This document shows positions 40,797 to 48,640 of a DNA stretch of 64,000 nt, in pieces. A program made the position numbers and the translations under genes. How positions within the stretch are numbered: the first letter of the stretch is position 1; every line of letters begins with the position of its first letter. The stretch covers positions 636,044 to 700,043 of the forward strand of contig CAVZZO010000001.1 of NCBI GenBank assembly GCA_963779755.1, written 5' to 3'. The notes under the pieces were generated by a model, which worked only from the letters and a program-made list of their open reading frames with translations, was not told the DNA's origin and did not search any database. The DNA is from an uncultured Gemmatimonadales bacterium (GTDB lineage: Bacteria > Gemmatimonadota > Gemmatimonadetes > Gemmatimonadales > GWC2-71-9).

Positions 40797-40956
40797 GGCT
40801 AACGCAGATTGGACCTGCAGGAACCACGTCCCCCCCAGCCATCCCGAAATTATCTTAGGGGCCGCCACCTGAATTCACAACATTGCCAACCGGCCCCGCC
40901 GCCGGCAGGTCCGCCGGGCTCCGTATACCCTGGCCGCCACGGTTGAGGACGTGGGT
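40797..40956 (-). other. Relic C: intI 3' end ([17 protein letters not shown]) plus attI-like sequence ending in GTTAGCC
   Basis: It is alignable with 54675..54830. The coding remnant is truncated at 40957 by the TTCACTTCAGTGATAAGCC repeat. Confidence 0.6.
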
Positions 40957-41002
40957 ATTTTTTCACTTCAGTGATAAGCCTGGCCGAGACCCGGCTTCAG
41001 CC

Positions 41003-41075
41003 GAGGTCCTCCATCATGGCGATCTCGACCCGCTGGCCGTGCAGACCGGTGACGCCGTCCGCCCAGTCGCTGAGC
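41003..41075 (-). pseudogene. Internal fragment of a VOC-family gene
   Basis: It reads DWADGVTGLHGQRVEIAMMED, compared with EWAGRVTGLGSQRVEIAMLVT in the intact VOC gene at 35916..36353. Repeat pieces flank it on both sides. Confidence 0.4.
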
Positions 41076-41106
41076 GCAGCGAAGCGGCCGGAGCCCGTTC
41101 CGCCCG

Positions 41107-41703
41107 TCACCCGGCGGGCATCCCTTCGCTCCGGGCGCGGGCCAGCAGGTCGTCCACACCCAGGCGCGGCGCCCAGGACTCGAGCCGAGTCCAGTCGAGC
41201 CGGGCGCCCTGGGCCCGGATAATCCCGATCACGTCGCGCCACTGCCGTTCCGAGACCTCGCCACCTCGCCGGTACCACTCCAGCTTCCGCAGGATGGTAT
41301 CCTCGGCGCTGTCAATCGCGAGGGTGGATCCGGGGCTTTCCCCGAACCGCTGGCGGATGCCGCGGGCGATGCGTTCGGCATCGAACGGATCCGTCCCCGC
41401 GACGAACAGATCAGCCTTCACCGCCGTCGCCAGGTGGACGACATTGAACGCACCGCCGGTGCCTGCGGCCTCCCGTGCGGCAGCGGTGCTGACGTAGTAG
41501 CCCTGGCCCAGGGCGCGGACGAGGGGGTCCACCTGTTCCGGGGTGAGCGCCACCACCAGGTCCACATCATTGGTGGACCGGGGCTCGCCGTGGAAGGAGC
41601 TGGCCAGCGAGCCGCCCGCGACATAGGGAATGCCGAGCCGGTCGAGATGGCCCGCCAGCTCGAGAGCGACGCAGAGGAAATCGGGGAGCTGGTCAGGCGC
41701 CAT
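41107..41703 (-). CDS. Nucleotidyltransferase-fold protein
   Basis: GGSLASSFHGEPRSTNDVDLVV is a GS-x9-DxD type NTase motif. The C-terminal helical domain contains KLEWYRRGGEVSERQWRD. Start trimmed to MAPDQLPDF. Confidence 0.65.
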   Translation of the reverse strand: MAPDQLPDFLCVALELAGHLDRLGIPYVAGGSLASSFHGEPRSTNDVDLVVALTPEQVDPLVRALGQGYYVSTAAAREAAGTGGAFNVVHLATAVKADLFVAGTDPFDAERIARGIRQRFGESPGSTLAIDSAEDTILRKLEWYRRGGEVSERQWRDVIGIIRAQGARLDWTRLESWAPRLGVDDLLARARSEGMPAG

Positions 41704-41962
41704 CGGCGGGCGCCCGCCACCCGTAGGCACGCTGGACCACTTCCGGTCCCAGGCGGAGGGCCGCTAGGCGCAGCAGCAGTTCGGGCTCGGAGGCCGTGGG
41801 GAACCGGCGGCGGAGTCCCGCGAGCGCCAGCTCGTTCGCCGCCCGGGCAAGATCCCGCGCCCGTTCCAGCCGGCCCGTCGGAGACAGGCCGGCCACGGCA
41901 GTGTTGTAGATGCGGGCCGCGTCAGGTGAGGTGTCGGAGATGCCGCGGGAACGGTCGGGCAT
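41693..41962 (-). CDS. Small helical partner protein overlapping the NTase gene
   Basis: 89 aa. Its 3' end overlaps the NTase start by about 11 nt, giving a two-gene operon architecture. Confidence 0.5.
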   Translation of the reverse strand: MPDRSRGISDTSPDAARIYNTAVAGLSPTGRLERARDLARAANELALAGLRRRFPTASEPELLLRLAALRLGPEVVQRAYGWRAPADGA

Positions 41963-42117
41963 GGGGGGAAATATAGGGTTTGTGTCGGTTCCTGTCCCGC
42001 TTAGGGCCGGAGAAAGAGCACGCCGTCATTGCGAGGGCGCGCAGCGCCCGTGGCAATCCCACCGCTTCCGGCGGGGAGCTCCCCACCTCACCGCTTGCTC
42101 CTCACGCTCACCGCCGA

Positions 42118-42898
42118 CCTAACCCCCTGTCCCCCTTCCCTGTTGGGAAGGGGGGACCGGGACGACCAGTTCGAAGAGAAGGGGGAACCGGGACGGCCGA
42201 TGTAAAAGAGGCTGTCACCCTGAGGCCGCGCCAGCGGCTGAAGGGGCCGAAGCTGGAGGATGGCTTCGGTCCCTTCGCTGCGCTCAGGGTGACAACCCCC
42301 TGTCCCCCTTCCCTGTTGGAAAGGGGGGACCGGGACGGGCGGTGCGAAAGGGCTGTCACCCTGAGGCCGCATCAGCGGCCGAAGGGGCCGAAGCTGGAGG
42401 ATGGCTTCGGTCCCTTCGCTGCGCTCAGGGTGACCTAACCCCCTGTCCCCCTTCCCTGTTGGGAAGGGGGGACCGGGACGACCAGTTCGAAGAGAAGGGG
42501 GAACCGGGACGGCCGGTGTAAAAGAGGCTGTCACCCTGAGGCCGCACGTGCGGCCGAAGGGGCCGAAGCTGGAGGATGGCTTCGGTCCCTTCGCTGCGCT
42601 CAGGGTGACCTAACCCCCTGTCCCCCTTCCCTGTTGGGAAGGGGGAACCGGGACGGCCGGTGCGAAAGGGCTGTCACCCTGAGGCCGCATCAGCGGCCGA
42701 AGGGGCCGAAGCTGAAGGACGGTTTCGGTCCCTTCGCTGCGCTCAGGGTGACCTAACCCCCTGTCCCCCTTCCCTGTTGGGAAGGGGGAACCGGGACGGC
42801 CGGTGTAAAAGAGGCTGTCACCCTGAGGCCGCACGTGCGGCCGAAGGGGCCGAAGTTGAAGGATGGTTTTCGGCCCCTTCGCTGCGCTCAGGGTGACA
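42118..42898. repeat. Tandem array 2: five units (174/142/174/145/145 bp) of the same composite hairpin repeat
   Basis: Unit boundaries are at 42118, 42293, 42435, 42609 and 42754. Short units lack the CCAGTTCGAAGAGAAGGGGGAACCGGGACG segment. The hairpins are the same as in array 1. Confidence 0.9.
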
Positions 42899-43039
42899 TT
42901 ACGCGCGCCGCCGGCGCTCATTGCCCGGGCGCGAGAGACACCCAGCGCCGCGATCCTTCACTTCAGTGATAAACCCGCCGAGACTCGGCTTCAGCCGAGG
43001 GAAAGATCCCCTTGCGTGCCGCGAAACCCTGCCATTAAG

Positions 43040-43063
43040 ATACTGAACCATATGGTTCAGTAT
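43040..43063. promoter_or_regulatory. Perfect 24-bp palindrome ATACTGAACCATATGGTTCAGTAT spanning the arsR start codon (candidate autoregulatory operator)
   Basis: The sequence is its own reverse complement. The ATG at 43052 lies at the dyad centre. Confidence 0.5.
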
Positions 43064-43417
43064 AACACGACCCGGCTTGATACTGCGTTCGCCGCGCTCT
43101 CGGACCCCACGCGGCGCGGCGTGCTGGAGCAGCTCGGCCGAGCCGACGCTTCGATCACGGACCTGGCCGGGAAGTTCCAGATGACGCTCACGGGCATGAA
43201 GAAGCACGTCGGCGTGCTGGAGCAGGCGGGGCTCGTCACCACGAAGAAGATCGGGCGGGTGCGGACCTGCCGGTTGGGACCGCGGCGACTGGAGGAAGAG
43301 GCGGCGTGGCTTGAGCGGTACCGCCGGCGCTGGGACGCACGCTTTGACGAGCTGGACAGGGTGGTCGAGGAACTTACCCGAAAGGAGCAGAGCGATGAAC
43401 GCAAGAACCGGAAGTGA
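43052..43417 (+). CDS. ArsR/SmtB-family transcriptional regulator
   Basis: FAALSDPTRRGVLEQL....ITDLAGKFQMTLTGMKKHVGVLEQAGLV. Confidence 0.85.
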   Translation: MVQYNTTRLDTAFAALSDPTRRGVLEQLGRADASITDLAGKFQMTLTGMKKHVGVLEQAGLVTTKKIGRVRTCRLGPRRLEEEAAWLERYRRRWDARFDELDRVVEELTRKEQSDERKNRK

Positions 43418-43898
43418 ACCCGGCGCCGGGAAGCACCGCACGGCGGTGGAACGGAAGTCGGACCGCGAGCTGGCGGTGACGCGCACGTTCGATGCGCCGG
43501 TGCGCATCGTCTTCGAAGCCTGGAGCAAGCCCGAATTGTTCCAGCGCTGGTGGGTCCCGAAATCGGCGCCCCTGACGCTGCTCTCCTGCGAGATGGATGT
43601 GCGCACCGGGGGCGGGTATCGCCTGGTGTTCCGCCATCCCGCCTCCAATGAGCCGATGGCGTTCTTCGGAACGTACAAAGACGTCGTGCCCAACAAGCGG
43701 ATCGTCTGGACCAACGAAGAAAGCGATCAGGGTGCCGTGACCACGGTGACGTTCGAAGAAGATGCAGGCAAGACGCTGGTCACCCTGCACGAACGTTACC
43801 CCACGACCGCGGCGCTCGAGGAAGCCCTCGCCGGTTCGGCGGAAGGCCTGCCCGAACAGTTCGCGCAGCTGGATGAGTTGCTCGCAGGAAGACTGTGA
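43395..43898 (+). CDS. SRPBCC / AHSA1 (Activator of Hsp90 ATPase homolog 1-like) domain protein
   Basis: RELAVTRTFDAPVRIVFEAWSKPELFQRWW...GGGYRLVF...GTYKDVVPNKRIVWT. The gene overlaps the arsR end, which is the classic ArsR-AHSA1 pair. Confidence 0.85.
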   Translation: MNARTGSEPGAGKHRTAVERKSDRELAVTRTFDAPVRIVFEAWSKPELFQRWWVPKSAPLTLLSCEMDVRTGGGYRLVFRHPASNEPMAFFGTYKDVVPNKRIVWTNEESDQGAVTTVTFEEDAGKTLVTLHERYPTTAALEEALAGSAEGLPEQFAQLDELLAGRL

Positions 43899-44458
43899 CC
43901 ACACCGCGGCCAACGGCACCGCCGAGCCGGCCAGGCCGGCGCGAGGTGAGGACGCTATGCAGAGACGCGATTTCCTGAAGACGCGCTCAGGGTGACCTGA
44001 CCCCCCTGTCGCCCCTTCCCTGTCGGGAAGGGGGAACCGGCGCCGGAAACCCCGTCGTCCCGAACCCCGCGAGCAACGCGAGCGGGTGAGGGACCTGATG
44101 CGCGTGTCTGGAGGGCCGGCCACAGCGTTCCGGGTGCCTTGCCTGGCGTCCGAAGCGCGTGAAGCATATCCCTCTCTCGCTGCGCTCGCTCGGGATGACA
44201 GGCGCCCTTGAGCCAAGGGAGGGAGCCGCCTTGCGGCGGGGGCCACGCTTCGCTTGTCACCCTGAGGCCGCGCAAGCGCCCGAAGGGGCCGATGCTGAAG
44301 GCATGATTTCGGCCCCTTCGCTGCGCTCAGGGTGACATTACGCGCGGGCGCCGGCGCTCATTTCCCTGGCGCCTGGCGCAGTCACCAGCGCCTCCGAAGT
44401 CGATCCACCACTTCACTTCAGTGAAAAAGCGCCGAGACTCGGCTTCAGCCGAGGGGCG

Positions 44459-44656
44459 GCCGACGCCGACGCCATCCGGCCCGAGCACATGGTGGAGTTC
44501 TGGAAGGCCCTGGGCGGCGGCCGGCGCGATGCCGGGCTCGACGGCTCCCAGCGGCCCGCCGGCCAGCTCGCCATCGTGCCGGACACCACCCACTACTCGA
44601 TTCCTGTGGATCCGATGCTGCCGGAGGTCGTCGAGCGGTTCCTCGGAATCGGATAG
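44459..44656 (+). pseudogene. 3' fragment of an alpha/beta hydrolase paralog
   Basis: My own translation is ADADAIRPEHMVEFWKALGGGRRDAGLDGSQRPAGQLAIVPDTTHYSIPVDPMLPEVVERFLGIG*. It parallels the C-terminus of 34721..35644 (GDADMIRPEHAVSFFQLLGGG...LAILPNLTHYE). The 5' part is replaced by a repeat. Confidence 0.55.
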
Positions 44657-44686
44657 AAGGCGGTTGCCCTGGGTGAGAGCTTGGGG

Positions 44687-44799
44687 CAGTAACAGAGATG
44701 TGGATTTCGCGGTCGGTCGTCCGATGGTCCCGGCTCATCTCGCGCCGCGCCTTTGGGAGCGGAGCCCAAGCGCCCCGCCGGTGCAAGCAGCTGTTAGAC
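44687..44799 (-). other. Degenerate attC (last recognisable one of the contiguous array)
   Basis: On the minus strand it reads GTCTAACAG...CTGTTACTG. It lies 13 nt after the ParE/RelE stop codon. Internal arm pairing is weak. Confidence 0.4.
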
Positions 44800-44812
44800 G
44801 GACCGCACGATC

Positions 44813-45103
44813 CTATTCCACGGGGCCGATGCTCGCCCGACGCCCATGGATCACAGCCAACACGGTCACGACGTCGGCTTGTGGCCGATAGATGATGCGA
44901 TAGGATAGCTCGAGCAGCTCGCGAAGATCAGAATTGGAGCGTTCGGGAACTGGTCGGCCGACATTGGGAAAGTCTCGCAGTTGACCGGCCCGGCGGACGA
45001 GTCGGTGCACTGTGAGGTTGGCATATAGAGGAGAGGTCAGGGCAATGTAGGCCCGAATGGCCTCCAGATGGGCTTGGGCCGTCTCAGTCCAGAGGAGCCT
45101 CAC
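44813..45103 (-). CDS. ParE/RelE-family toxin
   Basis: 96 aa. LWTETAQAHLEAIRAYI...GRPVPE....LREL....YRIIYR......V.VLAVIHGRR. Confidence 0.8.
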   Translation of the reverse strand: MRLLWTETAQAHLEAIRAYIALTSPLYANLTVHRLVRRAGQLRDFPNVGRPVPERSNSDLRELLELSYRIIYRPQADVVTVLAVIHGRRASIGPVE

Positions 45104-45288
45104 GCCGGGAGACTAAACCGTTTCGCAACGTCCTCATGGGAAATCACTCGCCCGGCTTCGGCATCGGCCAGGCCGCTATCAATGGCCTGCTGAACGTGAA
45201 TCTCGTAGAGCAGGTCGTCCCACGAGGCTTGCTCGGCCATTCGTTCTACGATCTGGCGAGCGCGTTGCTTGATATCGGGAGCTGACAT
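45100..45288 (-). CDS. Cognate antitoxin (small helical)
   Basis: 62 aa with a 4-nt overlap with the toxin gene. ..LYEIHVQQAIDSGLADAEAGRVISHEDV. Confidence 0.65.
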   Translation of the reverse strand: MSAPDIKQRARQIVERMAEQASWDDLLYEIHVQQAIDSGLADAEAGRVISHEDVAKRFSLPA

Positions 45289-45353
45289 GAATCCCTCCGG
45301 GGTGCCTGAAATATGGCGTCCTTCAGGCCTGATGCCAAATCCGAGGGCGGGCC

Positions 45354-45452
45354 GCCTAACGGTTGGCGGTTGAGCGGTGATCCGCGCTCACAATATGCCA
45401 GCCATCCGACTGGTGCGCGGGCGCGGTTGACCGCTCCAAGCGCGTGTTAGGC
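45354..45452 (-). other. attC site (99 bp)
   Basis: GCCTAAC at 45354..45360 and GTTAGGC at 45446..45452. The arms are complementary with bulges (TTGAGCGGTGATCCGCGC / GCGCGGTTGACCGCTCCAA). The extra G falls in the arm next to the inverse core when read on the minus strand. Confidence 0.75.
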
Positions 45453-45480
45453 GGCGCGCACTGGCCGACAAGCACACAAC

Positions 45481-45858
45481 CTACCGAGCTGAGCCGTCTA
45501 GGCACGCTTGCAGCGGCGGTTCAGGTGATCCGAAGGCGATGCGAGCCCGCACATATTCGCGGTCCAAGAGGGTCGCTACCTCCAGCGTGGTTGAAGCCGT
45601 ACTGCGAAGATCTGCTATGGAAGGGTCGAGACGATAGTTGACTCGCTGTCGCGCGGCTGTCAACACGGATCTTACTTGGGTGAGGATGCCAGTGACCGTG
45701 TCTCGAACTGGCACGAAGGGGACGGAGACTTCCGCAAGGCGGAAATGCGTGATGTGGAGGTCCGCTCTTGGTAGAAAGAACTCGATCACAGCGCTCATGG
45801 TTGACGCCGTTACGGATGTCAGCTTGGATAGGTCTCTCTTGCCAAACAAGCTATCCAT
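45481..45858 (-). CDS. Hypothetical protein (third gene of protease cassette)
   Basis: 125-aa ORF with visibly lower G+C. It overlaps the protease 3' end by 40 nt. No recognisable motif. Confidence 0.45.
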   Translation of the reverse strand: MDSLFGKRDLSKLTSVTASTMSAVIEFFLPRADLHITHFRLAEVSVPFVPVRDTVTGILTQVRSVLTAARQRVNYRLDPSIADLRSTASTTLEVATLLDREYVRARIAFGSPEPPLQACLDGSAR

Positions 45859-46706
45859 GAGGTGTCGCGAGTTGTCGAGGAGGTATGCGGCGGAGCAGAG
45901 ATCCCTCCGGGCACTATCTGCCTGAGCAACGCGACGCGATCCTCGGGCTGCGCTGGGTGCAGCGTTAGCGATGACTGCGGGCGTGATGCGTTCGCGAAGA
46001 CCTCAGCGAGGGAACGGGAACTGACAGTGCTGTCCAGAAGTGCAGTGGCATACCGTACTGGGACGGCAAAATTCAGCGCTTGGCCGCCCTGGAGGTAGGC
46101 CGTCGAGATCGCAATGACCGCCCCAGAATCGTTGAGGACAGGGCCGCCGCTCGAGCCCGGGCTTATCGGCGCGGATATCTGCAGTAGCTGGCGGCCTTCG
46201 ACCACGCGATGTGCGCTGACAATCCCGTCCGTGACTGTTTGTGATAGACCGAGAGGGCTGCCAATAGCAACGATACGGCTGCCCACGGGAGGAAGCGTGG
46301 TGCTGGTGGATAACGTCGGCAGACTGGCTCCACGGATCCTGATAATCGCTACATCTGCGGTTGGATCAGCAGCGAGTGCGGTGACGTTGCTGAAACGCTC
46401 GCCTGTTGCCAGAAGGACGGCAGCCGATGTGGCACCAGCCATGACATGATAGTTGGTGACGACCACTCCATCCGGGACTATAATGAAACCGCTCCCTTGT
46501 CCTACTGTGTCACCTCGCGCATCAACAGCGAGGATTGTAACTGTGGCCGGAATGGCGCGCTTCGCAAGTTGGACGGTAGTTAGAGGGCGCTGGGCTGCTG
46601 CCATGGCGCTATAGGCGACAAGGCCGACGAGCACCGCAGTCGTTCTGATCGCTGCTTGCAAGTATGAACTCCGAAGCGGGTAGGCGCCACTCGGTAGTTG
46701 AGGCAA
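45819..46706 (-). CDS. Trypsin-like (S1/S1C) serine protease, secreted
   Basis: Hydrophobic N-terminus. Catalytic triad contexts TNYHV (H), DVAIIRI (D) and PGSSGGPV (S). No PDZ domain. The start is a non-ATG codon. Confidence 0.8.
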   Translation of the reverse strand: MPQLPSGAYPLRSSYLQAAIRTTAVLVGLVAYSAMAAAQRPLTTVQLAKRAIPATVTILAVDARGDTVGQGSGFIIVPDGVVVTNYHVMAGATSAAVLLATGERFSNVTALAADPTADVAIIRIRGASLPTLSTSTTLPPVGSRIVAIGSPLGLSQTVTDGIVSAHRVVEGRQLLQISAPISPGSSGGPVLNDSGAVIAISTAYLQGGQALNFAVPVRYATALLDSTVSSRSLAEVFANASRPQSSLTLHPAQPEDRVALLRQIVPGGISAPPHTSSTTRDTSWIACLARETYPS

Positions 46707-46736
46707 CGCCGCGTGGCATCGGGGCCAGAGCGAGTA

Positions 46737-47018
46737 TCAAATGCAGGAGAACACATGTTCCTCTCGAAAATCAATAGCAGATCCTGCAGTGAGCCCTTTG
46801 AAGTCAGCGGCGTTCCAGTCTTCGAAGCCAATTATGGTGCCGGAGATCGCTCCTCCGAGAACACGCACTACTTGAACGACGAGGATAACCCGCCCGTCCC
46901 GAAGGGAGACTTGGGCACCAACACGGATGGTCGAAGGGACTGCCGTACCGGGAGCCTGAAAGCCCCCGAACACGATAGATCTGTCTGCACGGGTGGCGAG
47001 TGCAAGCGGTTCATTCAT
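46737..47018 (-). CDS. Hypothetical small protein (first gene of protease cassette)
   Basis: 93 aa from MNEPLALATR (an alternative start lies at 47072). Beta-rich and lower in G+C. The stop is 30 nt before the protease start. Confidence 0.45.
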   Translation of the reverse strand: MNEPLALATRADRSIVFGGFQAPGTAVPSTIRVGAQVSLRDGRVILVVQVVRVLGGAISGTIIGFEDWNAADFKGLTAGSAIDFREEHVFSCI

Positions 47019-47263
47019 GGGTCGCTTCGACTCCGAAGACTTTAGAATGCGGCTGAATGCGATTTGGCACAATGCGGCTACTTGGCACCGGTACCCGACT
47101 GGGCTGTGAACCGGCGCGCGAGCTTCAAGTCCTTGTGCGCTTTATGCTTGCGTGTGATCTTGTGATTCCTTGCTCGGGCAATGCGGCAAAAAAGAGGCCG
47201 GAGGCCGTGCGCGCATTTGCCGCGCGGTGTTGGGTGACTGCGTTTCGTACGAAAGGCCGCGCC

Positions 47264-47367
47264 GCCTAACGAAATGCGTTTCAGCCGCGAAGGCGCGGCC
47301 CTAGCGCCCGGAGGGCTTTTTTGAGCGGGTGCGCCGCGCCTTCGCCGTCTGCAAACGCTTGTTAGGC
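47264..47367 (-). other. attC site (104 bp)
   Basis: GCCTAAC at 47264..47270 and GTTAGGC at 47361..47367. The arms GAAATGCGTTTCAGCCGCGAAGGCGCGG / CCGCGCCTTCGCCGTCTGCAAACGCTT are complementary. The brnA ORF reads into it. Confidence 0.75.
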
Positions 47368-47666
47368 CTCCCGGCCAGCCGGCTCCGGCGACGTTCGGTC
47401 TCGACCCGATCGGCAAGGTACACCTTGAGCAGACTCTGATAGGGGACATCCCGCTCGTTGGCGAGCAACTTGAGCTCGGTAAGCAGGGTATCGGGCAGCC
47501 GGACCGAAATGGCTGTGGACGAAGGCCGGAGATGGGGAAAGCGCATCACCCGTGCCTTCGACCAATCCACATATTCGGTCGAGTCATGCGTGGCCCAGAA
47601 GTCGCGCTCCTCGTCCTCAGTCCGGAAGGTCGGGATGTTCTTCAATGCTCGCTTGGGCTTGGGCAT
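47301..47666 (-). CDS. brnA: BrnA-family antitoxin (CopG/RHH-like)
   Basis: FRTEDEERDFWATHDSTEYVDW....ISVRLPDTLLTELKLLANERDVPYQSLLKVYLADRV. The C-terminal tail is read-through into the attC. Confidence 0.8.
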   Translation of the reverse strand: MPKPKRALKNIPTFRTEDEERDFWATHDSTEYVDWSKARVMRFPHLRPSSTAISVRLPDTLLTELKLLANERDVPYQSLLKVYLADRVETERRRSRLAGRPNKRLQTAKARRTRSKKPSGR

Positions 47667-47970
47667 ACTGGTGCCGCTCCTTCCGATTCATGTCCCGGGC
47701 CGCGATCACGCGAATCAGAGATCCGCGCACCGTGAAGACGAGGTAGAGCCTCCGGTTCGCGAGGGTCCGGCCGAGCGCTTGCCACCGGAGCTCGGTGCCG
47801 GAGTGCTTCGCATCGAATGCGGCGACCAGAGGTTCCTGAAAGAACGCCTGTTCGCACTCCCCCGGCTCCACGTTGTGGCGCGCCAGCACTTTGGGCGCGT
47901 TGCCGGCGTCCCATTCAAAGCCGGTGCAGCGGCCCAGAATCGCGTAGGCGTCCGGCGGCTCTCCCGTCAC
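47617..47970 (-). CDS. brnT: BrnT-family toxin (DUF497 ribonuclease)
   Basis: FEWDAGNAPKVLARHNVEPGECEQAF........SGTELRWQALGRT..RRLYLVFTVRGSLIRVIAARDMNRKER. Confidence 0.8.
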   Translation of the reverse strand: MTGEPPDAYAILGRCTGFEWDAGNAPKVLARHNVEPGECEQAFFQEPLVAAFDAKHSGTELRWQALGRTLANRRLYLVFTVRGSLIRVIAARDMNRKERHQYAQAQASIEEHPDLPD

Positions 47971-48028
47971 TCAGGAAGTATATGTGGGGTATATACGCCA
48001 GTCAACCGGTAGGCTCCGCCATCCGGAG

Positions 48029-48159
48029 GCCTAACGAAGTGCGCGTCAGCTGCAGCGCGATGCTTTAGGTCTTCACAAACTACGCTTCCTTAGCCGCGCC
48101 GCTAGGAACTCCGGATGATGCGACCGGCCCGCGCGACTGGCCTGCCAGCTGGACGCGCT
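48029..48159 (-). other. attC, larger part (interrupted; remaining 7 bp GTTAGGT at 50746..50752)
   Basis: It aligns with the 140-bp attC at 51958..52097 up to ...GACGCGCT. The expected TGTTAGG is then missing here, and GTTAGGT is found at 50746, immediately after the IS end. Confidence 0.7.
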
Positions 48160-48273
48160 CATGTACGCGGATCCTTTCGGGCTGCTTGCCCAGGATTGTT
48201 GTATCGAAACGGGGGATTGGCGAAAGGATAACCTGCTTCACCCTGCTGTTACAGCGGCAAGAGAGACAACCCG

Positions 48274-48615
48274 ATGCTGGGAGTAGCTGTGGGTCTCCTG
48301 GCCGTTGCAGGTGGGGCCGAACTGGCTGCTCCCAGGTTATTTGCCGCGGCCACCGCTGCTCTTCCTAAGGTACCGTTTGAGAAATTCCAGGACTGGGGAC
48401 GAAATGTTGTCCAATGGGGCCGTGGGGCAGCGGGGGCAATTCAGCGGGTTTCTGAAGTGACGGCCGAGCAGGCCTCTAAATTGGATCCACAGAAAGTGAA
48501 GATGGCTCGCGACTTCTACCAGAAAGCTGTTGATGCTGGCCGAGGGGGAGCCGCCGCACCTGAACGAGTAAAGCTGATGGAACGCATTTTAGACCTGCAG
48601 CAGAGAACCCATTAG
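48274..48615 (+). CDS. Hypothetical protein (N-terminal hydrophobic segment, helical C-terminus)
   Basis: 113-aa ORF, lower in G+C, oriented opposite to the array and located inside the attC insertion. Confidence 0.4.
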   Translation: MLGVAVGLLAVAGGAELAAPRLFAAATAALPKVPFEKFQDWGRNVVQWGRGAAGAIQRVSEVTAEQASKLDPQKVKMARDFYQKAVDAGRGGAAAPERVKLMERILDLQQRTH

Positions 48616-48640
48616 TGGCTCGGTCCGGTCTATTCGAGCA

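Noticed and set aside
42118-42898. The hairpin units as attC sites or empty cassettes
   Set aside because: The 80-nt hairpin is bracketed by GTCACCC...GGGTGAC, not by RYYYAAC...GTTRRRY. The CTAAC..GTTGGGA pair in the second hairpin is only about 19 nt apart, too short for an attC, and its core ends in a purine.
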